Positions 1 through 12,199 of a stretch of 40,175 nt of DNA are shown here, piece by piece (position 1 is the stretch's first letter; each line of letters begins with the position of its first letter). Under the pieces are notes generated by a model. That model was not told the DNA's origin. It saw only the letters and a program-made list of their open reading frames with translations, and made no database searches. Source of the DNA: Anaerolineae bacterium (GTDB lineage: Bacteria; Chloroflexota; Anaerolineae; B4-G1; DUEL01); contig JBDOIF010000111.1 in assembly GCA_041082215.1 (NCBI GenBank), positions 62,001 to 102,175 on the forward strand. Direction: 5' to 3'. A program made the position numbers and the translations under genes.

Positions 1-921
1 CCCCCCCAGGTCCAGCCCCACCGGCCCGTGGATGCGGGCCATCTCCTCCTCGGAGAGACCACGCTCCGCCAATGCCGCCCGCCGTCTGGCCTGTGTCTTG
101 CGGGAGCCCAGGAGGCCGACGTACCCCACAGGGCTTTTCAGCGCCACCTCCAGCGCCGGGACGTCGAATTTCGGGTCGTGGGTGAGGATCACCACTGCGT
201 CCTGAGATCGGAGGTGCTCCGGCCCCAGCGCCTCCTGGGGCCAGGCGACCACCAGCTCGTCCGCCGTGGGGAAACGCTCCCGGGAGGCGAAGGCCCGCCG
301 CCCGTCCACGACCCGCACCCGAAAGCCTATCACCTGGGCCAGACGGACGAGGGGCTGGGCCAGGTGGACCGCGCCGACGATGGTGAGGGTCGGTGGGGCA
401 GAGAAGACCTGGACAAAAAGATCGCCCCTGGCCCGCTGGCGCAGCTCCACCACCGGCCCCGAAAAGACCCCCGCCATCTCGGCGGCCAGGTCGGCCACAC
501 CTTCCCACCGCCCGTCAGGCCAGGCCAGGAGGTGACCGTCCCCTCCCAGATGGGTGATCAGCGCCACCGTCTCGTCCTTCTCCAGCGTGGCGAGAAGCCG
601 CCGATGGATTGGGGCCAGCGGCTCCAGGTAGATCTCGATCGTGCCGCCACAGGCCAGCCCCACCTCCCAACCGCCTTCGTCCACCACCCCGTATTGCAGC
701 CTCCTGGGCCGCCCGCTGTCGAGGACCTCCTGGGCTTCCTGATAGACCGCTCCCTCCACACATCCCCCGCTCACCGAGCCGGCCATCCCCCCATCATCGG
801 TCACCGCCATCTGGGCGCCAACAGGACGTGGAGAAGGCCCCGCCGCCCGGATCACCGTTGCCAGCGCGATGCGGCGGCCTTCGGCAAGCCAGCGATTCAA
901 ATCCTCTGAAAGCTCTCTCAT
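1..921 (-). CDS. xdhC: XdhC/CoxI family molybdenum-hydroxylase accessory (maturation) factor, 3' end runs off the window
   Basis: Not in the ORF track. Manual translation from ATG 921 gives MRELSEDLNRWLAEGRRIALATVIRAAGPSPRPVGAQMAVTDDGGMAGSVSGGCVEGAV and ends ...EEMARIHGPVGLDLGG at the window edge. Both are XdhC hallmarks. Confidence 0.9.
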   Translation of the reverse strand, partial: MRELSEDLNRWLAEGRRIALATVIRAAGPSPRPVGAQMAVTDDGGMAGSVSGGCVEGAVYQEAQEVLDSGRPRRLQYGVVDEGGWEVGLACGGTIEIYLEPLAPIHRRLLATLEKDETVALITHLGGDGHLLAWPDGRWEGVADLAAEMAGVFSGPVVELRQRARGDLFVQVFSAPPTLTIVGAVHLAQPLVRLAQVIGFRVRVVDGRRAFASRERFPTADELVVAWPQEALGPEHLRSQDAVVILTHDPKFDVPALEVALKSPVGYVGLLGSRKTQARRRAALAERGLSEEEMARIHGPVGLDLGG

Positions 922-956
922 CTCTGTACCTGGAATGGGGTGAGCGCCTCGATAGC

Positions 957-1143
957 AGGTGTATTTCGGTCTGGGGGCGAGATGTCCCTGGCCGGACCTG
1001 GGGAAACACGAATGGCGCGAATGGAAACGAATACCGCGAATGGAGCAGGTATCCATCTTATTCGCTGTATTCGGGCCATTCGTGGGATTCGCGATCCACC
1101 GGCGGGCGAGAGGACCACTCGCCCCGGAATTGAAATACGCCCT
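957..1143. mobile_element. MITE-like element, copy 1 (terminal inverted repeats AGGTGTATTTC...GAAATACGCCCT, internal CGAAT/ATTCG palindromic repeats)
   Basis: Near-identical inverted copy at 13740-13948. TIRs plus sub-terminal GGGGCGAG/CTCGCCCC. Flanked by the direct repeat TCGATAGC (949-956 and 1144-1151). Confidence 0.8.
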
Positions 1144-1150
1144 TCGATAG

Positions 1151-1669
1151 CTAGAGCGGCTCGATGACGGCGAGCGTCTCCCCCTGGGCTACTTCCCGAT
1201 CCGCACTGGCGAAAAGGGCGCGCACCACACCGGTTCGGGGTGCGCGGAGCTCCAGATGCATCTTCATGGACTCCAGAACCGCCACCACATCCCCCTCGGC
1301 TACCCGCTCACCCGGCCTCACCCGCACCTCCACCAGCAGCCCCGGCAGAGGAGCTCTGATCTCCTGCGGGTGCGGGTCTTCGGACCCCGCGCCCTTTCTG
1401 CGGGGGGCAAATGGCAATGCGGATAAACATCCCTCTTCCAGGCGGGCCCTGTAGGGCCGGCCGGCTACTATTATCTGGCTTTCCCCATCCTCTGTCAACT
1501 CCACCTGCGCCTCGTAGGAGCGGTGCTCGACCAGCAGGGAGCAGAGGGAATTTCCGTCCATCCCCTCCAGATCCACCCGGACCGGCCGCCGGTCCACCCA
1601 CACCTGCCCCTCCGGCCCCACCTCGATCTCATAGGTCCGCCCCTCGACGACGACCCGGTATCTCACCAT
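1151..1669 (-). CDS. accB: Biotin carboxyl carrier protein (biotin/lipoyl attachment domain)
   Basis: IRAPLPG...VLESMKMHLELRAP biotinylation motif. Start placed at ATG 1669, after a GGGGAGGAG RBS and overlapping the accC stop. Confidence 0.88.
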   Translation of the reverse strand: MVRYRVVVEGRTYEIEVGPEGQVWVDRRPVRVDLEGMDGNSLCSLLVEHRSYEAQVELTEDGESQIIVAGRPYRARLEEGCLSALPFAPRRKGAGSEDPHPQEIRAPLPGLLVEVRVRPGERVAEGDVVAVLESMKMHLELRAPRTGVVRALFASADREVAQGETLAVIEPL

Positions 1670-3156
1670 TCTCCTCCCCGCAACTGCTCCCACCGTCCCA
1701 GCATCTTCCACCGGCTGACGGGCTGCCTTTCCGCCAGCAGTCCTCCCGTCCGTCTCCGCCAGTCCATCAGCGCCGCCGTCAGCGCTGCGGCCAGGCAGGC
1801 CTCCTCTTCCGGCTCCGGTGGTGCGAACTGCTCCTCCAGAAAACGAGTGTGGAACTGCCCCCCGAAGAAGCGATGGCTATTCAGAAGCGCCCGGTGAAGG
1901 TCCAGGTTGGTTGTGACGCCGAGGATCATGTACTCCTCCAGCGCCCGTCGCATGCGGACGATGGTCACCCCTCGCGTCTCCCCCCAGGCCACCAGCTTCG
2001 CCAGCAGTGAATCGTAGTAGGGGGTGATCGTCAATCCCTCGCAGATGCCGCTATCTACCCGGATGCCCGGTCCGCCCGGCTCCCGCAGACGGGTGATCCG
2101 CCCCACACAGGGGGCAAAGCCCCGAAAGGGGTCCTCCGCCAGGATACGGCACTCCATCGCCCAGCCGCGGGGCCGTATCTCCTCCTGGGTATACCGCAGC
2201 TCCCGCCCTGCCGCGATCCGAAGCTGCTCCTTGACAATGTCCACGCCGGTGACCGCCTCGGTGACGGTATGCTCCACCTGAAGGCGGGGATTCATCTCTA
2301 TGAAATAAAAATTCCCCTCCGGGTCAAGCAGGAATTCCACCGTCCCCGCGCCCACATACCCAACGGCCTGTCCGACGCGGACGGCAGCCCGGCAGATTCG
2401 GTCCCGGAGCGCCGGGTCCAGCGCCCGCGAAGGGGCCTCCTCGATCAGCTTCTGGTGCCTCCGCTGGATGGAACACTCCCGCTCCCCCAGATGGATCATA
2501 TGGCCATGCCCGTCGGCCAGCAGTTGGACCTCGATGTGGCGTGCTCTTTCGATCATCCGCTCCAGATAAAGCGAGCCATCGCCAAAGGCCGCCTGGGCTT
2601 CTTTATGGGCCAGAGGGATGGCCGTCTCCAACTCATGCCGGGAGCGGGCGAGGCGGATGCCCATTCCTCCGCCCCCGGCTGCTGCTTTGACCAGCAACGG
2701 ATACCCGATCTGCTCCCCGGCCTCCAGCAGCTCCGCGTCGTTCAACGCCCGGTCGGTCCCGGGGAGCAGGGGGAGGCCCAGGTCCTGCGCCAGCAGGCGG
2801 GCTGCGGCCTTATCCCCCAGCAGTTCCAGCGTCTCCGGCCTGGGGCCGACGAAGATCAGGCCTGCGCCGACGCAGGCGCGGGCGAAGGCGGGCGACTCGG
2901 CCAGGAACCCATAGCCCGGATGGATCGCCTGTGCGCCGGCCTTCAGTGCGGCCTCAATGATCCGCTCTCCCCGCAGGTAGCTCTCCTGGGCGGGCGGAGG
3001 GCCGATGCAGTACGCCTCGTCGGCGTAGCGGACGTGGGGAGCGCCCCGGTCCGCTTCGGAAAAGACCGCCACCGTCTCCAGCCCCAGCTCCCTGCAGGTG
3101 CGCAGCACCCGCACGGCGATCTCACCCCGGTTGGCGACCAGGACTTTGGTGATCAT
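1663..3156 (-). CDS. accC: Biotin carboxylase subunit of acyl-CoA carboxylase
   Basis: KVLVANRGEIAVR, HPGYGFLAE, GGGGMG, ERECSIQRRHQK, EMNPRLQVEH, YYDSLLAKL motifs. Confidence 0.95.
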   Translation of the reverse strand: MITKVLVANRGEIAVRVLRTCRELGLETVAVFSEADRGAPHVRYADEAYCIGPPPAQESYLRGERIIEAALKAGAQAIHPGYGFLAESPAFARACVGAGLIFVGPRPETLELLGDKAAARLLAQDLGLPLLPGTDRALNDAELLEAGEQIGYPLLVKAAAGGGGMGIRLARSRHELETAIPLAHKEAQAAFGDGSLYLERMIERARHIEVQLLADGHGHMIHLGERECSIQRRHQKLIEEAPSRALDPALRDRICRAAVRVGQAVGYVGAGTVEFLLDPEGNFYFIEMNPRLQVEHTVTEAVTGVDIVKEQLRIAAGRELRYTQEEIRPRGWAMECRILAEDPFRGFAPCVGRITRLREPGGPGIRVDSGICEGLTITPYYDSLLAKLVAWGETRGVTIVRMRRALEEYMILGVTTNLDLHRALLNSHRFFGGQFHTRFLEEQFAPPEPEEEACLAAALTAALMDWRRRTGGLLAERQPVSRWKMLGRWEQLRGGEW

Positions 3157-3187
3157 GGGTCCATCGTCAGGCGTCAGACGTCAGGCG

Positions 3188-4756
3188 TCAGAGCGGGATG
3201 TTGCCGTGCTTCCTCGGCGGCCGACGCGCCCGCTTGTCCCGAAGCATCCGCAGAGCGCGGATCAGAAGGGGACGCGTCCAGGAAGGGCGGATCACCCCGT
3301 CCACATATCCCCGTGAGGCGGCAACGTAGGGATTGGCGAACCGATCCCGGTACTCCTGCACCAGCCGGGCCCGCTCTGCCTTCGGGTCCCCGGCATCGGC
3401 CAGCTCCCGCCGGAAGACCACGTTCACCGCCCCCTCCGGCCCCATCACTGCGATCTCCGCCCCTGGCCAGGCCAGGCAGAGATCCCCCCGCAGGTGTCTG
3501 GAGCTCATCACGATGTAGGCCCCGCCGTAGGCCTTGCGGGTGATGACGGAAAGCCTGGGCACTGTGGCCTCAGCGTAAGCGTAGATCATCTTCGCCCCGT
3601 GGCGGATAATGCCGCCGTGTTCCTGGGCGACGCCGGGCATAAAGCCGGGGGTGTCCACGAAGGTGACGAGAGGGATGTTGAAGCTGTCGCAGAACCGGAT
3701 AAAACGGGCCCCCTTGTCGGAGGCGTTGATGTCCAGCACGCCAGCCAGCACCGCTGGCTGTTGCGCCACCACCCCCACCGCGTACCCTCCCAGCCGGGCA
3801 AAGCCCACCACCAGGTTGGGCGCAAACCCCCGCTGCACTTCCAGGAACTTCCCATCGTCCACCACGCGGGAGATCACCTCCCCCATATCGTACGGCTGGG
3901 CCGGATCCTCCGGCACCAGCCGGTCCAGCTCCTCGTCTGCCCGGTCCGGCGGATCAGTGGAGGGGAAGAAAGGGGGGTCCTCAGCATTGTTGGAGGGGAG
4001 GTAGGAAAGCAGTTGTCGCACCAGGTTCAGCGCCTCGATGTCCCCCCCGGCCGTGAAGTGGGCCACGCCGCTGGTACGGAGATGGACATCTGCCCCGCCC
4101 AGCCCCTCAGGAGTGACCTCCTCCCGTGTGACAGCGCGGACCACATCCGGGCCGGTAATGAACATCCGCGCCGTCCCCTCGACCATCACGATGAAATCGG
4201 TCAGGGCGGGGGAGTAAACGGCGCCGCCGGCGCAGGGTCCCATGATGACAGAGATCTGGGGGATCACGCCGGAGGCCAGGACGTTGCGGTAGAAGATCTC
4301 GCCATAGGCGGCCAGCGCGTCCACCCCCTCCTGGATGCGGGCGCCGCCCGAATCGTTCAGGCCGATCACCGGCGCCCCGTTCTCCAGGGCCAGGTCGAGC
4401 AGCTTGCAGATTTTGCGCCCGTGGGCCTCCCCAACCGAACCGCCCAGGACGGTGAAATCCTGGGCGAAGACGTAGACCGGTCGGCCATCCACCTCTCCCC
4501 AACCGGTGACCACCCCGTCTCCCGGAGGGTGGCTTTCCTCCAGCCCGAAGCCGGTCGCCCGGTGGGTGACGAAGGCGTCTATCTCGACGAAGGAGCCAGG
4601 ATCGAGCAGTACCTCCAGCCGCTCCCGGGCGGTCAGTTTGCCCTGGGCGTGCTGCCGTTCGACCCGCTCAGGGCCGCCCCCCTGGCGGGCCTGCGCTTCC
4701 ATCTCCTCCAGGCGTGCCAGCGCCATTTCTCTCACCCTGTAGCCTCCTTCACTCAA
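3188..4756 (-). CDS. Single-chain acyl-CoA carboxylase carboxyltransferase beta subunit (PccB/AccD-like)
   Basis: [62 protein letters not shown]. Confidence 0.93.
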   Translation of the reverse strand: MSEGGYRVREMALARLEEMEAQARQGGGPERVERQHAQGKLTARERLEVLLDPGSFVEIDAFVTHRATGFGLEESHPPGDGVVTGWGEVDGRPVYVFAQDFTVLGGSVGEAHGRKICKLLDLALENGAPVIGLNDSGGARIQEGVDALAAYGEIFYRNVLASGVIPQISVIMGPCAGGAVYSPALTDFIVMVEGTARMFITGPDVVRAVTREEVTPEGLGGADVHLRTSGVAHFTAGGDIEALNLVRQLLSYLPSNNAEDPPFFPSTDPPDRADEELDRLVPEDPAQPYDMGEVISRVVDDGKFLEVQRGFAPNLVVGFARLGGYAVGVVAQQPAVLAGVLDINASDKGARFIRFCDSFNIPLVTFVDTPGFMPGVAQEHGGIIRHGAKMIYAYAEATVPRLSVITRKAYGGAYIVMSSRHLRGDLCLAWPGAEIAVMGPEGAVNVVFRRELADAGDPKAERARLVQEYRDRFANPYVAASRGYVDGVIRPSWTRPLLIRALRMLRDKRARRPPRKHGNIPL

Positions 4757-5867
4757 CCCGCCGCGACCAGAGGGCAGCCAGCCTGCGCAACAGCCGACGC
4801 AGCCGGGAGCGAAGCGCTGCCAGCAGGTAATAGAGACGGCGCAGCAATCGGCGCCAGCGGGGCCTCTCCTCCACTGCCGGACGGGACCAGCGGATAGCGA
4901 CAGCCCCCCACGTCAGCCCCGCGCCGAAGCCCGCCAGCACCACCAGGTCGCCCGGCCGGACCCGCCCCTGCTCCGCCGCCTCGCTCAGCGCGATGGGGAT
5001 GGAGGCAGCAGAGGTATTCCCATACCACTCCAGGTCGCTGTAAACCTTCTCGGGGGGGATGCCGAGGGCCCGGCCAGCCGCCTCGATGATGCGCTGGTTG
5101 GCCTGATGGGGGATCAGCAGGCTCACCTCGTCCAGCGTCAGGCCGGCCTTCTCCACCACCTCCCGGGTGACCTCAGGCAGGGTCTTCACAGCGAAGCGGA
5201 ACACCTCCCGCCCCTTCATCTGGATAAAATGCAGCCCCTCGGACACCGTTTTATGGGAGGCGGGCATCCGGCTTCCGCCCGCTGGCAGGCAGAGCAGGTC
5301 CCCTCCGGAGCCGTCGGCCCTCAGGACCGAGGCAAGCACCCCGCCTTCCTGCTCCTTCGCCTGGAGGACCACCGCCCCGGCCCCGTCGCCGAAGAGGACA
5401 CAGGTAGCCCGGTCCGTCCAGTCGGTGATGCGGGAGAGGGTTTCCGCGCCGATCACCAGCGCGGTCCGGTAGGCCCCGACCTCCAGGAGGTGAGCCCCGA
5501 TGCCGAGGCCGTAGACAAAGCCGGAGCAGCCAGCGGAGAGGTCGAAGGCAGCGGCCCGGTCGGCTCCCAGCCCGTCCTGAACCAGGCAGGCGGTGGCAGG
5601 GAAGAGGTAGTCGGGCGTGACGGTGGCGACGATGATCAGCTCGACCTGGGCGGGGCTGATCCCCGCCACTTCCAGCGCCTGTCGCGCGGCCTGGATTGCC
5701 ATGCTCGCCGTCGTCTCCCCCTCCCCTGCCAGCCGCCGCTCCCGGATGCCGGACCGTGTACGGATCCACTCGTCGGAGGTTTCCACCATCCGCGAGAGGT
5801 CCTCATTGGTCAGCACCCGCTCCGGGACGTACTGGCCCCAGCCGACGATATGGGCATGGAGCGTCAT
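4749..5867 (-). CDS. fabH: 3-oxoacyl-ACP synthase III with basic C-terminal extension
   Basis: AGCSGF (catalytic Cys), [38 protein letters not shown] 5867 overlaps the fabF stop (ATGA). Confidence 0.95.
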   Translation of the reverse strand: MTLHAHIVGWGQYVPERVLTNEDLSRMVETSDEWIRTRSGIRERRLAGEGETTASMAIQAARQALEVAGISPAQVELIIVATVTPDYLFPATACLVQDGLGADRAAAFDLSAGCSGFVYGLGIGAHLLEVGAYRTALVIGAETLSRITDWTDRATCVLFGDGAGAVVLQAKEQEGGVLASVLRADGSGGDLLCLPAGGSRMPASHKTVSEGLHFIQMKGREVFRFAVKTLPEVTREVVEKAGLTLDEVSLLIPHQANQRIIEAAGRALGIPPEKVYSDLEWYGNTSAASIPIALSEAAEQGRVRPGDLVVLAGFGAGLTWGAVAIRWSRPAVEERPRWRRLLRRLYYLLAALRSRLRRLLRRLAALWSRRVE

Positions 5868-7111
5868 TCCTCCGCCTCCCACCGCCGGAAGATGAGGCAG
5901 CCGTTGTGGCCGCCGAAGCCGAAAGAGTTGGAAAGGACCACCCGGGGCCCCAGCCGTCGAGCCTGGTTGGGCACGTAGTCCAGGTCGCATTCCGGATCAG
6001 GGTGTTCGTAGTTGATGGTGGGATGGACCCATCCGGTCTCCAGGCTCTTGACGCAGGCGATCGCCTCCACTGCCCCGGCAGCCCCCATCAGATGGCCGAT
6101 CATGGACTTGGTGGAGCTGACGGCCAGCCGGTCGGCGTGGGCGCCGAAGACGGCCCGGATCGCCCGGGTTTCGATCCGGTCGTTGAGGGGGGTGCTGGTG
6201 CCGTGGGCGTTGATGTAGTCCACCGCCTCCGGCGACAGCCCCGCCCTCCGGAGCGCCCATTTCATCGCAAGCATCGCCCCTTCCCCGCTCTCCTCCGGCG
6301 CAGTGATGTGGTAGGCATCCGAAGAAGCGCCATAGCCGACCAGTTCGCAGTAAATGCGGGCGCCGCGTCGGAGGGCATGATCCAGGCTCTCCAGCACCAG
6401 CACCCCGGCCCCCTCGCCGAGCACAAACCCATCCCGCCCGGCATCGAAGGGGCGGCTGGCCCGCTCCGGCTCCTCGTTGCGGGTCGAGAGCGCCCCCATG
6501 TTCTTAAAAGCAGAGATGGAAAGGGGATGGATGGCCGCCTCGCTCCCGCCGCAGAGCATCACCCGGGCGTTCCCCCGCCGGATGACCTCTGCCGCCTCGC
6601 CGATGGCGTGGGAGCCGGTGGCGCAGGCGGAGACCAGGGAGAGGTTGGGGCCCCGCAGCCCGTAGGCGATGGCGACGGCAGCAGAAGCGGCATTCGGCAT
6701 CATCATCGGCACCATGAATGGGCTGATCCGCCGGTGGCCGGAGCGGAGAAAGGCGTCGTAGTTATCCAGGAGGGTGAGGACCCCGCCGATGCCGGTGCCG
6801 ATCAGCACTCCGGTCTCCCTCCTGTCCTGCTCCTCGAACCGGAGGCCGGCATCTTCCACCGCCTGACGTGCGGCCTCCATCGCCATCAGGGCGAAACGGT
6901 CATGCCGACGGGCATCCCGGTGCCCGAAAAGGGCCACGGGATCGAACCCCCTGACCTCCGCAGCGATCCGCACCTCGATCTCCGAGACATCGCACTGGGT
7001 GATGGGTCCAACACCGCTTCGGCCCGCCAGCAGGTTATCCCACAGTGTGGGCACATCGTTGCCCAAAGGGGTGACGGCACCCAGGCCGGTGATGACTACA
7101 CGATTCTTCAT
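5864..7111 (-). CDS. fabF: 3-oxoacyl-ACP synthase II
   Basis: RVVITGLG, SACATG, DAYHITAP, NAHGTST, KSMIGHLMGAAG, SNSFGFGGHN. Start at MKNRVV (7111) after AGAGG. Confidence 0.95.
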   Translation of the reverse strand: MKNRVVITGLGAVTPLGNDVPTLWDNLLAGRSGVGPITQCDVSEIEVRIAAEVRGFDPVALFGHRDARRHDRFALMAMEAARQAVEDAGLRFEEQDRRETGVLIGTGIGGVLTLLDNYDAFLRSGHRRISPFMVPMMMPNAASAAVAIAYGLRGPNLSLVSACATGSHAIGEAAEVIRRGNARVMLCGGSEAAIHPLSISAFKNMGALSTRNEEPERASRPFDAGRDGFVLGEGAGVLVLESLDHALRRGARIYCELVGYGASSDAYHITAPEESGEGAMLAMKWALRRAGLSPEAVDYINAHGTSTPLNDRIETRAIRAVFGAHADRLAVSSTKSMIGHLMGAAGAVEAIACVKSLETGWVHPTINYEHPDPECDLDYVPNQARRLGPRVVLSNSFGFGGHNGCLIFRRWEAEE

Positions 7112-7140
7112 TTGCCCACCTCTGGCAGGTTTATAGCTTG

Positions 7141-7202
7141 CGTAACGTGGCGCAGGCCGCCAGGCCTGTCTCTCGCAGGCCAACAGCCTGCACCACGCTA
7201 CG
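7141..7202. repeat. REP-like long imperfect palindrome upstream of fabF
   Basis: CGTAACGTGGCGCAGGC ... GCCTGCACCACGCTACG arms. Confidence 0.55.
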
Positions 7203-7215
7203 CTTGCTGGCTTTT

Positions 7216-7241
7216 CTCTGTGCCCTCTGTGTCTCCGTAGT
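7216..7241. repeat. Dispersed CTCTGTGCCCTCYGTGYCTC repeat
   Basis: Related copies at 8258-8284, 27530-27555 and (inverted) 39713-39740. Confidence 0.7.
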
Positions 7242-7360
7242 TTTCCACCATCGCAGGCGCGTAACTTCTATCACTGAAAGAAACACCGGGGCGTGCCTGA
7301 GGTGACGGAATGCCTGCTGTCGCGCCAGAGGCGACCGGAATCCTTTACGCTTCCCTTTTA

Positions 7361-7369
7361 TGGTATAAT
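7361..7369 (+). promoter_or_regulatory. Extended -10 promoter (TGnTATAAT) for recO
   Basis: TGGTATAAT about 20 nt upstream of the recO GTG, with a GGAGG RBS in between. Confidence 0.6.
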
Positions 7370-7389
7370 GCCCTCACGGAGGGACTTCC

Positions 7390-8256
7390 GTGAAGACGGA
7401 CCGCCTTTATCAGACCGAAGCGATCGTCGTTCACCGGCGGGATCAGGGGGAGGCCGACCGGGTCCTCACCCTCTGCACCCCCCTGGGCAAACTCACGGCC
7501 ATCGCCAAAGGGGTCCGCAGGGTCCGCAGCCGCAAAGCCGGACATCTGGAACTCTTCGTCCACACCCGCCTGGTCCTGGCCCGCAGCCGATCGTCGTGGG
7601 ATGTGATCACACAGGCGGAGACGGTGGAGCCGCATGTCGAGCTGCGGGGAGAGCTGGTGCGGGGCAGCTACGCCCGCTACCTGGTCGAGCTATACGACCG
7701 GTTCGTGGCCGAAGGGGAAGGTGGGGAAGGGGTATTCGACCTCCTGAGGCGGGCGCTGGGTTATCTGTGCCGGGTCGAAGGAGAGGCCGCCCTCTCCCTG
7801 CTGGCGCGGGCCTACGAGCAGCGGTTGCTGACCCTGGTGGGTTTCCGTCCGGAATGGGGGCGTTGTGTGGGAGAACGGGAAGGCCGGGTCTGCGGACAGC
7901 CTCTGACATCCCGAAGGGCGATTCCCTTTGGGCTGGACCCGGAACGGGGGGGGGCGTTGTGTCCCAAATGCTACCAGGCCGCCCAGGGGCAACGGGAGGT
8001 GCTTTCCCTCTCCCCGGCAGCGCTGCGGCTGCTCCGGGCCTGCCAGCAGGAGCCATTCTCCCGGCTGCAGGCCCACCCGACGACATCCGCCCTGCTGGCC
8101 GAGGTCGAACGGGCGGCCCGCCACTACATCGCCTACCATCTGGAGCGAGAGGTGCGGAGCGGGGTCTTCCTGCGCCGGATCAGACAAAGAGCATACAATC
8201 CGGAAGAGACTTCCCAGAAACACGAGGTACATGGAGAGGAGTCGGTGGACCTGTAA
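7390..8256 (+). CDS. recO: DNA repair protein RecO
   Basis: TEAIV...GEADRVLTL...GKLTAIAKGVRRVRSRKAGHLE OB-fold start, CxxC...CxxC-like zinc region, and recO-glyQS synteny. Confidence 0.93.
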   Translation: MKTDRLYQTEAIVVHRRDQGEADRVLTLCTPLGKLTAIAKGVRRVRSRKAGHLELFVHTRLVLARSRSSWDVITQAETVEPHVELRGELVRGSYARYLVELYDRFVAEGEGGEGVFDLLRRALGYLCRVEGEAALSLLARAYEQRLLTLVGFRPEWGRCVGEREGRVCGQPLTSRRAIPFGLDPERGGALCPKCYQAAQGQREVLSLSPAALRLLRACQQEPFSRLQAHPTTSALLAEVERAARHYIAYHLEREVRSGVFLRRIRQRAYNPEETSQKHEVHGEESVDL

Positions 8257-8257
8257 A

Positions 8258-8284
8258 CTCTGTGCCCTCCGTGCCTCCACAGTG
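8258..8284. repeat. Dispersed CTCTGTGCCCTCCGTGCCTC repeat (right arm of a palindrome whose left arm lies in the recO 3' end)
   Basis: Matches the 7216 and 27530 copies. Partially complementary to AAACACGAGGTACATGGAGAG near 8218-8238. Confidence 0.6.
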
Positions 8285-8325
8285 AAAATGAACGACCCTG
8301 AACTTTCAGGAGGAGCACCCATCAG

Positions 8326-11343
<3,018 letters not shown>

Positions 11344-11375
11344 ACCTCCCTGCGACAGGGAAACGAGGGCCTTCT

Positions 11376-11426
11376 GACCTCACCCCCACCCCCAACCGGA
11401 GGGGGCAAGGGGGTGGGGGTAAGGTC
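11376..11426. terminator. GC-rich hairpin between convergent genes (bidirectional terminator or REP)
   Basis: GACCTCACCCCCACCCCC pairs with GGGGGTGGGGGTAAGGTC. No clear U-tract. Confidence 0.5.
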
Positions 11427-11468
11427 GGCTCTCCCACCCTGTCCCAACTCCTGCCCGAAGCCCAGGCT

Positions 11469-11780
11469 CTAACGGGTTGCCTTCTGGAACTCCTCTTCGG
11501 TAATGAACTCCCCTCCCTCGATCTCCCGCGAGAGGATGCGGTAGTTCTCGTCGAAGCGCACGGTGGCGTACATCAGCGAGAAACAGGTCCCGTCCATCAT
11601 CTCCTTATGCAGCACGTAGCCACCCTGTTCAAAGTCGGACATCAGGTCGAAGCGCCGGCTGGCCCGGACCCGCAGCGCCTGTCCACACCGACCGCAGCGA
11701 ACGTAGAAGTAGATGCCGTCGGGGTCGTCCGTCTGTTCTCTCGTGGCAGTCAACCGCCGCAAACATTCCCGTAGCTTCAT
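11469..11780 (-). CDS. Small hypothetical protein with CxxC motif (possible zinc ribbon)
   Basis: YFYVRCGRCGQ...KEMMDGTCF. GAGGAGG RBS; ATGA-like coupling to the upstream ORF. Confidence 0.75.
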   Translation of the reverse strand: MKLRECLRRLTATREQTDDPDGIYFYVRCGRCGQALRVRASRRFDLMSDFEQGGYVLHKEMMDGTCFSLMYATVRFDENYRILSREIEGGEFITEEEFQKATR

Positions 11781-12199
11781 CCCTTAACCTCCTCGAGGAA
11801 TCGAACGACCCGCTCCAGGACCTCCAGAGGAAGCAGCGAGTCGGTTTGCACTCTCAGGTCGGCGTGGGCGTGGGCGTGGGCCAGCCGCTTTTCCACCTCT
11901 GCCCACCATTGTGCGGGCAGTTTCTGCCCCAGGCGGCGCTGGGCTGTCTCGCGGGAGACCTCCAGGAAGATCAGGATGTCGGGGCGGGCAATCCGTCGCC
12001 ACATCGCCGGCACGTAAGAATGCTCCTGCGCCACCTCACGGGCGCGGACCCCTCGGGCGCGCAGGCCGGCGACGAGCGTGCTCTTCCCCGCCCCGCACGG
12101 GCCGACGACCCCCACCAGCGGGCCACCGCCTACTGTCTGCGCTTTTTCCTCCGCAGCCGATCCACCCAGCCGCGAAGGCCCTGCTCCGGAGCCGGGCAT
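11777..12199 (-). CDS. Small P-loop NTPase / nucleotide-kinase-like protein (start uncertain)
   Basis: VGVVGPCGAGKSTL Walker A; PDILIFLEVSRETAQRR kinase-like segment. Confidence 0.72.
   Translation of the reverse strand: MPGSGAGPSRLGGSAAEEKAQTVGGGPLVGVVGPCGAGKSTLVAGLRARGVRAREVAQEHSYVPAMWRRIARPDILIFLEVSRETAQRRLGQKLPAQWWAEVEKRLAHAHAHADLRVQTDSLLPLEVLERVVRFLEEVKG

Noticed and set aside
28..909. 293-aa + strand ORF
   Set aside because: Antisense shadow of xdhC on the minus strand; no recognisable motifs.
918..1167. Short ORFs resembling ORFs at 13684-13980 (apparent paralogous peptides)
   Set aside because: They are translations of the repeated MITE, not genes.
8257..8325. T-box riboswitch before glyQS
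   Set aside because: The spacer is too short and has no T-box consensus; it is occupied by a repeat.
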